IMG/VR virus record: IMGVR_UViG_3300020727_000045
Location: 1 to 35,664 of that record
DNA from: a virus
Taxonomy: Duplodnaviria; Caudoviricetes
Length of the DNA: 35,664 nt
Strand: one strand, 5' to 3'
Shown: positions 19,293-27,615 of the stretch, piece after piece
How the letters are laid out: every line of letters starts with the position of its first letter
Numbering within the stretch: the first letter of the stretch is position 1
Program-made: the position numbers and the translations under genes
The notes under the pieces: model-generated
Databases searched by the model: none
Told to the model about the DNA's origin: nothing
Seen by the model: the letters and a program-made list of their open reading frames with translations, nothing else

Positions 19293-20817
19293 TTAAGCTG
19301 CGATACGGCAAGCGAGTTCAGGATAGAGCGGGGCCCATCCGTACAATACATCTAAACGAGTAGGAATACTGTCGTTGTTAATTGTGTATTGACGAACAAT
19401 ACGCATACTTAAACCGATTTCCTTATCAGAGGCACGACCTGCGAAATGAACACCTTCAGGGAGCTCTAAATCTGCTACTGCGAGCGAAAAAGAATTTCTA
19501 TGCATGATTATATTCTGTGGAGATACTGCACCAGTTGAATTGAACTGAGTTACCGCAGCAGAAGATGATGGTGAAGGAATCGATACGTTTTGGAACTGGC
19601 CAGCAGTAATAACCGCAGGAGATACCACAACAGAAACGCTTGAACCTGAAGCAATCGTAACAGCAGACTTAACCACAAAGTTACGGAGCTTGTTTGAACC
19701 ATACGCTTGACGATTCTGTGGGTTAACTGCGTAAACACCAGCGATCGTGAATGTATCACCGGCATTTAATACTAAGTTACCAGTATTGGCAGCAGTCAAA
19801 GTGATTGTTGAGCTTGATGCCCAGCCACTTGTTAAGAAACCAGTTGCAGTTGTAGTTGCTACAGATGCAGTCACAGTAGTTGTGCTGTTATTACCGAATA
19901 CTTGAGCCTGAACGTTTTGGTCTAATTTCCAGTTCATCCCCGCGGAATCGCGACCCATAAGTCCTTTGCGATACTGTTCGCCAATTGCTTCTTGAGGTAC
20001 GAATAAACCTTTTAAAGAATCAACAATCGTTGCAGATGTGAATGGCTCAACGATGCATGATCTGCGACCATCTCTAGGAGCACCTTCAGAATCAAGGTAA
20101 GCACCAGCAGTTAGATAAGTAATCAAACCAGTTGGAGGAGTACCAGCAACACCTACAATGTTTGCAGTATTGAGGGTAGCCATTGCCAATCCATCTCTGT
20201 CAATTTTGTTTGCAATCGCAGCGACTGCAGGCTTCAAAACTCTATCGCTGAACATATCTAAAGATAATGCTAAGTCGGTCGTTGTAAACTGTGTGTCAAC
20301 GTGGAACTGCGTTGACAAAGTAATAGGTACAGATGATTCGTTAAAATCTTCTACGTTCAGGGCTGGCCCTGTTGATCCAATAAAGCGTCCAGGTCTCATT
20401 CTGTTACTTTCAGTCTTACGACCTACTGACCATTTCTGGCGGTGCAATTTCTTCGAATCGCACTCTAAGGCTTCTTTAGTTATACCTTAGTTCAGACTAT
20501 CGCATCTACTTTCGTAGGCTTCTCACTTAGTCGTTCAGGCTGCTTTCGCTTGCCCCTTGTTACCCACTTCTGGGACTCCAAGTCAATCAGAGAAACTTTT
20601 TCGTCCGCACACCTAGTTCTTTTTACGGACGTTTACTGTGTTACCAATCTTACCACCTCAAATGCAAGATTCACAGTAAAAACTGAGGCAGGCTTTATAC
20701 CACAGCGAATTGATCGTCATAATTACGATCTACTTCAGAAGTGAATGTTAATTCGTTCTCCAAGACCATCAACGCTTCGTTGGTGATCTTAGAAATGGTT
20801 AGCAAGTTATTTGCCAT
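19293..20817 (-). CDS. major capsid protein (P22 coat-like), spliced: join(20817-20699, 20658-20625, 20396-19293), 418 aa
   Basis: AAGGAAA RBS and MANNLLTISKITNEALMVLENELTFTSEVDRNYDDQFAVV + GGKIGNTVNVR + RPGRFIG...RLDVLYGW; the joined N-terminus reads as a typical P22-coat sequence. Confidence 0.92.
20397..20624 (-). mobile_element. group I intron, 228 nt, no ORF
   Basis: 5' exon ends in U; P1 CGUCCGU/GCGGACG; P10 CUAGGUGU/AGACCUGG; P7 GACUA (20532-20528)/UAGUC (20499-20495); P3, P5, P6, P8, P9 stems, several with GNRA loops; terminal G. Confidence 0.92.
20659..20698 (-). other. 40-nt core-less group I-like mini-intron (putative)
   Basis: ATAAAGCCTGCCTCAGTTTTTACTGTGAATCTTGCATTTG; follows U, ends in G, introduces a stop and frameshift; exact removal restores V-G-G-K-I-G. 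Confidence 0.75.
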
Positions 20818-20847
20818 GATATTTCCTTTATAAAATAAATTAAGTTT

Positions 20848-21699
20848 TTACCTAATCCTTTTAGCTTGTCTCATTGCTTTGTACTGCGAGTAAGTCATCT
20901 TATCTGTATCAGTAATAATGGCTTGCTCACTTGTACCAGCTTTGATTGGACTAATCGGGGCAGGTGCTTTGGACTTCTGGGCAACAGATTTAACAGGTTC
21001 AGTCTTTTCAAACTTTGCCTCCAATTTACCTATTTCTCTTAAAGCAGAACTTAGACTTGATTTAGATATTTTCTCTGCTAGTTCTTGGTTTTCAGCCAAA
21101 TGATAAAGAATTCTAGGACCAACATCTGATTCTAAAATTGCATCTCTCACTTGATCGCTTACCACAACATCAGAGGAAGCTACCATATCATCAAAATCAG
21201 GCAATTCAGATTTAGTTGCTTCAAGTTTCTTGTTCCAAGTATCAATAACTTTGGCACGTTCCGCTTGTTTCATTTTTTCTACATCTTCTTGCCTTGCTCT
21301 CATTACAGCGTTTTCAGCACTCCAATCAGCCAATGCTTCAGCGTATTCAAACGCATCAACAAATTGATCTGGTCTTGGTTTCTCATCTCTGCTCTGCTCT
21401 TTAGGAACAGCCTGTGACTTGATTGCCTTTAACTCTTGCTCTAATTCTTGTGTTCTGATTCTTGCTTGTTCAGCTTCCTGTTTAGCAAGGTCACGTTGCT
21501 TTGTGACTTCATCAAAACGCATCTTTACTTTAGGTTTTGGTTCTTCTGTTGCTTTTTCCTCGTTCTCGACAACTGGTTCACTCTGTTCAATTTCAGCAAC
21601 TGGCTCTGTTTCTACAGCCTCAGTCGGAGAATCTTCAGCTAAACCTAATTTATTTGCGTAAAACTCGGCACTATTTTCACTTGTTAAAACATTGGCCAT
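20848..21699 (-). CDS. capsid scaffolding protein
   Basis: acidic coiled-coil, between portal and coat; GPRILYHLA and KAPAPISPI motifs, basic C-terminus. Confidence 0.85.
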   Translation of the reverse strand: MANVLTSENSAEFYANKLGLAEDSPTEAVETEPVAEIEQSEPVVENEEKATEEPKPKVKMRFDEVTKQRDLAKQEAEQARIRTQELEQELKAIKSQAVPKEQSRDEKPRPDQFVDAFEYAEALADWSAENAVMRARQEDVEKMKQAERAKVIDTWNKKLEATKSELPDFDDMVASSDVVVSDQVRDAILESDVGPRILYHLAENQELAEKISKSSLSSALREIGKLEAKFEKTEPVKSVAQKSKAPAPISPIKAGTSEQAIITDTDKMTYSQYKAMRQAKRIR

Positions 21700-21748
21700 C
21701 TTTCGAAGCTCCTCAGTAATTTCCTGTTAAACGAACAGGCACGTTTGA

Positions 21749-21777
21749 ATCTTATTACTTTAAATAATTATTGACAA
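21749..21777 (-). promoter_or_regulatory. sigma70-like promoter for the scaffold-coat operon
   Basis: TTGTCA-17 nt-TAAGAT, about 50 nt upstream of the scaffold ATG. Confidence 0.6.
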
Positions 21778-21779
21778 TA

Positions 21780-21932
21780 TTAAATTTCACATAAAGAAAA
21801 CTTATACTTATTTAATAAATAAATGCGAATTCCTTGCTTATGCCAACATTCAGCTGTTTCAGGAATTGCATATATTTTTCCTATACAAATATAAATTTGA
21901 ATTAAATATTTAATTTGAAAATTAAAATACAT
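21780..21932 (-). CDS. hypothetical protein (50 aa)
   Basis: manually translated MYFNFQIKYL...; TAATG coupling; very AT-rich. Confidence 0.4.
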   Translation of the reverse strand: MYFNFQIKYLIQIYICIGKIYAIPETAECWHKQGIRIYLLNKYKFSLCEI

Positions 21933-22111
21933 TACTTTTTATTTTGTTTTTCATTTAAATCATGCAATGCTGTGTCTACAGCTTGTTTTTTTCCCATTAT
22001 AGATTTTAAACGCTCAAATTCAGGATGGGTTTTAGCTCTTTCATGCTGTTCTTTATTGTATTTTTTTGCTAATTCTTTAGATATATAATCTGCGTGATTT
22101 AATTCTTTCAT
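21932..22111 (-). CDS. hypothetical protein (59 aa)
   Basis: MKELNHADYISKELAKKYN...; ATGA overlap with the portal stop. Confidence 0.6.
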   Translation of the reverse strand: MKELNHADYISKELAKKYNKEQHERAKTHPEFERLKSIMGKKQAVDTALHDLNEKQNKK

Positions 22112-24171
22112 ATGGCCCTTTCTGTAGTTTCTGCTGACGCTAAATGTGCCTGTTGATGATCCATTCTTGCTAATAAAATTGCTATTTCCGCTTTCATACG
22201 TTCAATTTCTTTTTGTGTTTCTGTCTTAACTATGGTGTCATGTGCCATTGTTTCAACACGCATTTGCGTATCGTGTCCCTTAGTTGTCTGACGCATGAGT
22301 TCGCGTTTAGTTTCGTTATCTTGTTTGACTTGCTCAATGTCTTGACGTTGTTGAATCATCATTTGAGCTTGTTGTAACTGTTGAGTTAATTGTTGAACTT
22401 GTGCTTCACCTTGCTTGAGCTTCATTTGAATTGCAGGTGGTATATCTGACATATCATCAATCTGAGCTAATGGGTTATTAATTGCCATACGATCAGCAAT
22501 AACATCAGCACCAGGGAAGTCCATATTTCTGACAAGTAAATCACCAGCAACTTGTACAAGTGATGGCTCTGCTTGGAATAATGCCATCATCGCTTCTACT
22601 GATTCTTGACGCTTCGAGTTATAGCCTGGTCCTGTATCCATCACAATGTCATATTCACCTACGCTCATGTCGTTCAAAATACGCTCAATGCCAGATTCAT
22701 CCATCTTGCGTTCATTAATCGTCATAATCTCAGGCTTACCATCATCGCCAATGATTCGCATGGCTCTTTCGGTGTCATAAATATGAGGGATTAAATCAAG
22801 GATTACTCTACCAACTTGCCTGATACTACGAGTTAAATTGTCGTAATAGTGCATATTGGTCATGTCAGCTTGCATCTGCTGACCTTGGATTGCTTTACCG
22901 GATTGAATGCCTTGCGGTAACTGATTTGGATCGTAAATGCCAATAACTGCTTGTAAATCTAAATTCATTGACTGCATTGCAGCCATTACTCCAGTAGGGG
23001 GTTGTTCTGGTGATTGTCTTACTGGTGGTGGAGCTGGTCTGCCATCAATGTCAGTCTGCTTGTAACGTAAATAAGGCTTACTCGCATTGTTCGCTTCAGC
23101 CCATTCTTGTTCATGGCCTTCATCTTGTCCTTCAGCCAATATCCATTTTGCTTTGGGTGCAAGTGCGACAGTTTCAGTCAGAGCAGTTGACCAATAGTTA
23201 TACATCCTTTGCGGATCTTTGGCCATGCGAACTAAACCAAAACGCTTATGTTTGCCTTGAACTATGGTGCTTTGACCATATACAGGGATAATTGGAATAT
23301 ATCGACCTGCCCATTCGCCCTCTTCAAGGATTTGCATCGCTGTCAATTTGCACCATTTAATCTTTTTACGGACTGTTGTGCGTTGATTAATAACTTCAAC
23401 ACCTAATTTTTCCATTAACTTTTCATTAACTTCATCAGCGTAGATGCTTGAGCCATCTGATAACTGCATTAACTCAACGGATTCTCTGACTGAATACCAA
23501 TACTCAGCAATTCTGATTTCTTCTTTTTGTACCCAATCACCCATCACATCGCCAGTACCACGACTAACAAAACCTTGGTCTATTTCAGCATCAGGATACA
23601 TTGCACTAAATGATTTCTTACTAATAAGCGTTGTAATTAAACAACGCTCTGCATCTGAGCCATCAGCCATAATGGAATTGGGATCAAAATACACAGTAAA
23701 AGGATTTTCAATTGGTCGAATATAAATTTCTTGGTCAAAGCTATCATCCTTCACATAATCGGTATGGACTCGGATATATCCCCAGCCCATGCGAACTGCA
23801 TAATCCACAGCATTAATATAAGCCTGGTCAGCGTCAGACTGCAATTCAATATGTCGGCACATCCCAGTAATGATTTGTGCCTGTTTTTCATCGGTTTGCG
23901 TATTCATGCCATGCGCTTTAATTCTAGGTCTTTGCTCTCGAATCTGATTCACAATCTGCCGGCAATACGCATCGACTTTATTAATGGTCAAGCATGGTCT
24001 GGCTTCAAGTAATCGACTGTTCTGCACATCAACAGGCCATTGATCACCATTGCTAAAACGCACATCATCTAAGGCTTCAGCACGATTATTGGAGTCTACA
24101 TCATTCACTTGACGTAAAAACTCCATTGCTTGATAGATTCTGTCATCTTGCTCAATGATTTCTTCGGCCAT
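22108..24171 (-). CDS. portal protein (P22-like)
   Basis: 687 aa; GDQWP, RPCLTINK, KDPQRMYNYW, SGKAI motifs, Q-rich C-terminal barrel. Confidence 0.93.
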   Translation of the reverse strand: MAEEIIEQDDRIYQAMEFLRQVNDVDSNNRAEALDDVRFSNGDQWPVDVQNSRLLEARPCLTINKVDAYCRQIVNQIREQRPRIKAHGMNTQTDEKQAQIITGMCRHIELQSDADQAYINAVDYAVRMGWGYIRVHTDYVKDDSFDQEIYIRPIENPFTVYFDPNSIMADGSDAERCLITTLISKKSFSAMYPDAEIDQGFVSRGTGDVMGDWVQKEEIRIAEYWYSVRESVELMQLSDGSSIYADEVNEKLMEKLGVEVINQRTTVRKKIKWCKLTAMQILEEGEWAGRYIPIIPVYGQSTIVQGKHKRFGLVRMAKDPQRMYNYWSTALTETVALAPKAKWILAEGQDEGHEQEWAEANNASKPYLRYKQTDIDGRPAPPPVRQSPEQPPTGVMAAMQSMNLDLQAVIGIYDPNQLPQGIQSGKAIQGQQMQADMTNMHYYDNLTRSIRQVGRVILDLIPHIYDTERAMRIIGDDGKPEIMTINERKMDESGIERILNDMSVGEYDIVMDTGPGYNSKRQESVEAMMALFQAEPSLVQVAGDLLVRNMDFPGADVIADRMAINNPLAQIDDMSDIPPAIQMKLKQGEAQVQQLTQQLQQAQMMIQQRQDIEQVKQDNETKRELMRQTTKGHDTQMRVETMAHDTIVKTETQKEIERMKAEIAILLARMDHQQAHLASAETTERAI

Positions 24172-24197
24172 AATTTACCCTTGTAATTTTTGCAATT

Positions 24198-25466
24198 TTA
24201 ACTCATCCATGAGCCACGTTCAATATTAACTGGTCTTTTTACTGTTTTCTTTGGCTCATTTACTAAAAGACCTAGCATCCTAAATGCATCTGCACCATGG
24301 GAATATTGGTCATGGAGTGGCTTTTGTGACCAAGCACCGCTCTCATCCACATCATACCGATAGTGTCTAAGACATTGCAGGCCATCGCCACAGTTCTCAC
24401 GATCAAACACGCATTTATTAAAAATAGTTCTGGCTGCGTTGATGGAGTCAGTCACCGGCACTCTTGGCAATATCTGAACTTTGTACCCAGCACTACGCAC
24501 AATTTCCTCAATCGATCGCCCTGAGCCTAAACTTTTAGCAGCTGCATCATGTGGCAGCCACAGCGTATCAAAGTGATAACCAAACTTTTGCATCTCAGCC
24601 AAATACCAACTAATCGTCTGTTGATTGGCCTGCATATATCGAATTAATCGGATTTCTAAACCAATAAACTGCACAAACCAAATGGCAGTATGATCAGCCC
24701 AGCCAAGGTCAAAGACTGCATGAACTGGCTTAATGGCATCGTATGGCACTCTAGTGATTCGGTTATCCATCTCAGCCTGTTGCATCTCCTTGGCAAAAAT
24801 AGCACCATCAACAGTAACTCGGCACATTCCTTCCCAGACTGTATTGTAGGATTCAGGATCACGATTCTTGAGTGAGATGCGCTCAAGATTCAAAGTTTCC
24901 GGAAACCAAGGATTATCGGACCAATTAATCTTTTGGATAATTGCGTTCTCAGGTGGATGCATCACAAAACGCTGATAAGTTTCATCGGTTTCCAGCTCTG
25001 GATTGAATGAAACCCATATTTCAGAGTTTTCTTTACGAATGGTTGGAATCAATATATTCCATGAGGATTTGGTCACAGACTGTGCTTCCTCTATCCAGCA
25101 ATAGTCCACACCTTCGTAAGATTTGATATTGGCAGTATTGTTTTTCAGGCCTACAAAACTAAACTCTGTACCATTCTTGCCCTTGATATTGGCTTGTAAA
25201 ATTTCATAAAAGGATTCCAATCCCAACAATTCAATCTGATCACTTAGTAATTTATGCACCGAATCACGCATCGATGTCATGTATTCCCTGGCACATAAAA
25301 TGCGAATAGGTGACTTAGCACCTAAAATAAGTAATGCTTTAGCTACTGAATGGGATTTTCCTGCACCACGTCCACCCCAGTAAACCTTATAACGCGATTT
25401 GTCGAACAAGGTCGACATCTTAAATGGGAATTCAGCCTTGGCAATTGCTCCATCAACGTCACTCAT
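24198..25466 (-). CDS. terL: terminase large subunit (PBSX-like)
   Basis: GGRGAGKS Walker A, WIEEA Walker B, SFNP, DLG..D and HGADAFR nuclease motifs. Confidence 0.95.
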   Translation of the reverse strand: MSDVDGAIAKAEFPFKMSTLFDKSRYKVYWGGRGAGKSHSVAKALLILGAKSPIRILCAREYMTSMRDSVHKLLSDQIELLGLESFYEILQANIKGKNGTEFSFVGLKNNTANIKSYEGVDYCWIEEAQSVTKSSWNILIPTIRKENSEIWVSFNPELETDETYQRFVMHPPENAIIQKINWSDNPWFPETLNLERISLKNRDPESYNTVWEGMCRVTVDGAIFAKEMQQAEMDNRITRVPYDAIKPVHAVFDLGWADHTAIWFVQFIGLEIRLIRYMQANQQTISWYLAEMQKFGYHFDTLWLPHDAAAKSLGSGRSIEEIVRSAGYKVQILPRVPVTDSINAARTIFNKCVFDRENCGDGLQCLRHYRYDVDESGAWSQKPLHDQYSHGADAFRMLGLLVNEPKKTVKRPVNIERGSWMS

Positions 25467-25746
25467 TTGGCTTTACGAACATCACTTGAATGCTATTAAC
25501 AGACTCTCCATCGGTGGTAATGTCTGTGGATTGTGTGGCTTTCCCATCTAATCTATCTGCTAAAAAAGATACTGCCCATGGATCTCCTTCTTCAGCTTTA
25601 TCAACAACCTTGTCAGCAGCAGCTCTTAATTTATGCGGGTTTTGTGCAATAGATCGTCTGAGCGCATCTAAAAATGGTTTATTTTTACTCTGGTTTTTAT
25701 TACCAGGTTGGCCACCTTTGGAGTTATTCGTATTTTCGTCTATCAT
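25459..25746 (-). CDS. terS: terminase small subunit (putative)
   Basis: directly upstream of terL; GGQPGN, DRLDGKA.Q motifs. Confidence 0.7.
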   Translation of the reverse strand: MIDENTNNSKGGQPGNKNQSKNKPFLDALRRSIAQNPHKLRAAADKVVDKAEEGDPWAVSFLADRLDGKATQSTDITTDGESVNSIQVMFVKPNE

Positions 25747-25764
25747 TTTGATTTTAAAAAAACT

Positions 25765-25989
25765 TTATGGTTGTTTTTCTTCATCAGCCGGAGCAAATTT
25801 AACTTGAATTTCATCCGTTGTAGACTCTTGTTTTTCCTCAACATTTTGAGGTTGTGGAGGCTTCGGTGTTACTTGTTTATTAACATGAGCTTGAATGTAT
25901 TCAATGAGTCCCCTTGCATATTTGTGTGGCACTTCATCCAAATACTTCATCATTTCATTAATTTGATCGATGTGAAAATTGATAATCAT
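25765..25989 (-). CDS. hypothetical protein
   Basis: 74-aa ORF in the operon. Confidence 0.7.
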   Translation of the reverse strand: MIINFHIDQINEMMKYLDEVPHKYARGLIEYIQAHVNKQVTPKPPQPQNVEEKQESTTDEIQVKFAPADEEKQP

Positions 25990-26126
25990 TTCTTTTTACC
26001 TTTCTTTGCTTCACGTTGTACATTAAGTGCTATTGCTACTGCTTGTTTCTGTGGTTTACCTGCTTCTATCTCTTTTTTGATGTTTTTAGGCACAACTTTT
26101 TCTGATTTAGATTTAATTAATGGCAT
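25986..26126 (-). CDS. small basic protein (46 aa)
   Basis: MPLIKSKSEK...GKPQKQAVAIAL...; AGGAG RBS; below the ORF-track cutoff. Confidence 0.75.
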   Translation of the reverse strand: MPLIKSKSEKVVPKNIKKEIEAGKPQKQAVAIALNVQREAKKGKKK

Positions 26127-26424
26127 TTACATTCTCCTGTTCAAAGCAAATATCAGCCCAACTCATGACCAGATAACGCTCATTGTTTTCAAAGTATTCA
26201 GTATATTTTAAATATTCGTCTTTGCCCATTGTGCCAAATCTGACGAATGATCCGACTAAAACCGGCATTTCTTCACGTCTGCCATTGGGTAATTTCTTGC
26301 CTGGTCCGACTGCGACCACAGTTCCCATATTGTCTTTCTCATCCATAATCACATGAATCAAAGACGATTTAACTCGTTCAATGGGTTTGACTACAATTTT
26401 ATCGTGTAAAGGTTTAAGCAACAT
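26113..26424 (-). CDS. groES: co-chaperonin GroES-like
   Basis: LKPLHDKIVV, GTVVAVGPGK, YLVMS..DI. Confidence 0.9.
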   Translation of the reverse strand: MLLKPLHDKIVVKPIERVKSSLIHVIMDEKDNMGTVVAVGPGKKLPNGRREEMPVLVGSFVRFGTMGKDEYLKYTEYFENNERYLVMSWADICFEQENVNAIN

Positions 26425-26668
26425 TTCTTTTGGGCCTTCCTGCTTTGGGTTTCATTGCAGCCACTTCAGCTTGAATGGATTCTTTGGTTACTTCTTGAAC
26501 AATGTTGTCCAATGCTCCAAATGTTGAACTCTGGGCATATTCGCCACAGAGGTCTGTAGAATGCCTGTTTTGATAAGTAGGGTATCTGCGACATGAACCT
26601 AAAATATTATTGGGTTCGCTAAAATATTTACAGTTTCCGCAGTTACTTTTAAAATGATTCTCAGACAT
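26414..26668 (-). CDS. Cys-rich hypothetical protein
   Basis: CGNCKYF...CRRYP...CGEY; C-terminal GRPK. Confidence 0.75.
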   Translation of the reverse strand: MSENHFKSNCGNCKYFSEPNNILGSCRRYPTYQNRHSTDLCGEYAQSSTFGALDNIVQEVTKESIQAEVAAMKPKAGRPKRNVA

Positions 26669-26694
26669 TAAATAATTATCCTATTTGATGTTAG

Positions 26695-26730
26695 AAACCC
26701 CTAATCACTCTACAAAGTTTTAGGGGTTTT
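26695..26730. terminator. terminator-like hairpin
   Basis: AAACCCCTAA...TTAGGGGTTT directly after the 26737 stop. Confidence 0.6.
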
Positions 26731-26736
26731 GTTTTT

Positions 26737-27078
26737 TTAGTCTTGTGGATAAGCAGCGCGTTTGTGGTCATAAACGACTTTTTCAGAGCTTCCACCCTTC
26801 ATTTCGCCTAACATACCATCGTTTTTACCCATGTGACTAGCATCTCTTGCACCAATGCCATCAGCCTTGCCCATTGCAACGCCACCAACTAGTTTAGCTT
26901 TACGCTCACCAGATGTATCGCTAGACGTTGCACCTTTAGGAATCATTTCGCCTGATTCGCCTTTAGTACCTTTAGTGCTGTTTGGCCCAGACTCTGAACC
27001 TTTTTTCATACCTGATTTATCGCTTGAAACAACACCCTTTGGCATTTTTTCACCACTTGCTGGTTTACCGTAATTCAT
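26737..27078 (-). CDS. G/K/S-rich low-complexity protein (113 aa)
   Basis: start MNYGK after AAGGA; internal repeat GE..PKG..SSD.SG. Confidence 0.75.
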   Translation of the reverse strand: MNYGKPASGEKMPKGVVSSDKSGMKKGSESGPNSTKGTKGESGEMIPKGATSSDTSGERKAKLVGGVAMGKADGIGARDASHMGKNDGMLGEMKGGSSEKVVYDHKRAAYPQD

Positions 27079-27159
27079 TTTTAATTTTCCTTTGCAAAGA
27101 AATCTCAACGCGAGATAACTCATTTTATATCAAAAGTTTTATTTTGTGGGAAACAAAAT

Positions 27160-27342
27160 TTAATCCCAAAATATTTCTTCAACAACAACTTTTTTTTCTT
27201 GATATTTGGTGCATCGATTTTTTAAGTCTGGAGTCCACCAAGGATCACCAGCCTTGCATTGCCCTTTCCAAGTTTTGTATTCACCATTGGCCAATTCATT
27301 CGGCATTGACACACAATTTTTGCAATAAACTCGATCATCCAT
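27160..27342 (-). CDS. small zinc-finger-like protein
   Basis: DDRVYCKNC...C...RC; GGAG RBS. Confidence 0.7.
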   Translation of the reverse strand: MDDRVYCKNCVSMPNELANGEYKTWKGQCKAGDPWWTPDLKNRCTKYQEKKVVVEEIFWD

Positions 27343-27368
27343 TTTCTTCTCCGTTTTAAGTGATTTTT

Positions 27369-27615
27369 AGGTGTGACACACTAGGTACACCACACCTACC
27401 ATTTCCTTATATAGTGCCAAATATGTATATATACCTATAAATACCTATATTTATATAAATAATAATAAATATTAAAAAAGGTATGTCAGGTATGTCAAGG
27501 TATTGATTCATAAAATAATTTTTTTTAAAAAGGTGTGTCATTGAGGTATGTCATTTTTTATTGAGGTGTGTCTTAATTTCGTTTAAAAAAAGACACACCT
27601 TTGATAGGTGTGTCA
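27369..27615. repeat. iteron cluster, candidate replication origin
   Basis: AGGT(G/A)TGTC(A/T) at 27479, 27488, 27531, 27544, 27564, 27606 and inverted at 27591-27600; AT-rich tract 27421-27478. Confidence 0.75.

Noticed and set aside
20397-20447. ORF-track start of the capsid protein (MHRQKWSVG...)
   Set aside because: These 17 codons lie inside the group I intron; the real start with RBS is at 20817.
20634-20700. T4 gene 60-style translational bypass as the explanation for the 40-nt insert
   Set aside because: GUA-UAA could be a take-off site, but the nearest matching GUA is out of frame and the in-frame one (20636-20634) would delete GGKIGNTV, which looks conserved. The U/G boundaries and guide pairing favour splicing. 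Disfavoured, not excluded.
20550-20744. Plus-strand 64-aa ORF over the introns
   Set aside because: Antisense to capsid exons and intron core, with no RBS or motif.
27479-27615. CRISPR array
   Set aside because: Repeats are 10 nt with irregular, very short spacing; the Cas4-like gene is a common stand-alone phage nuclease.
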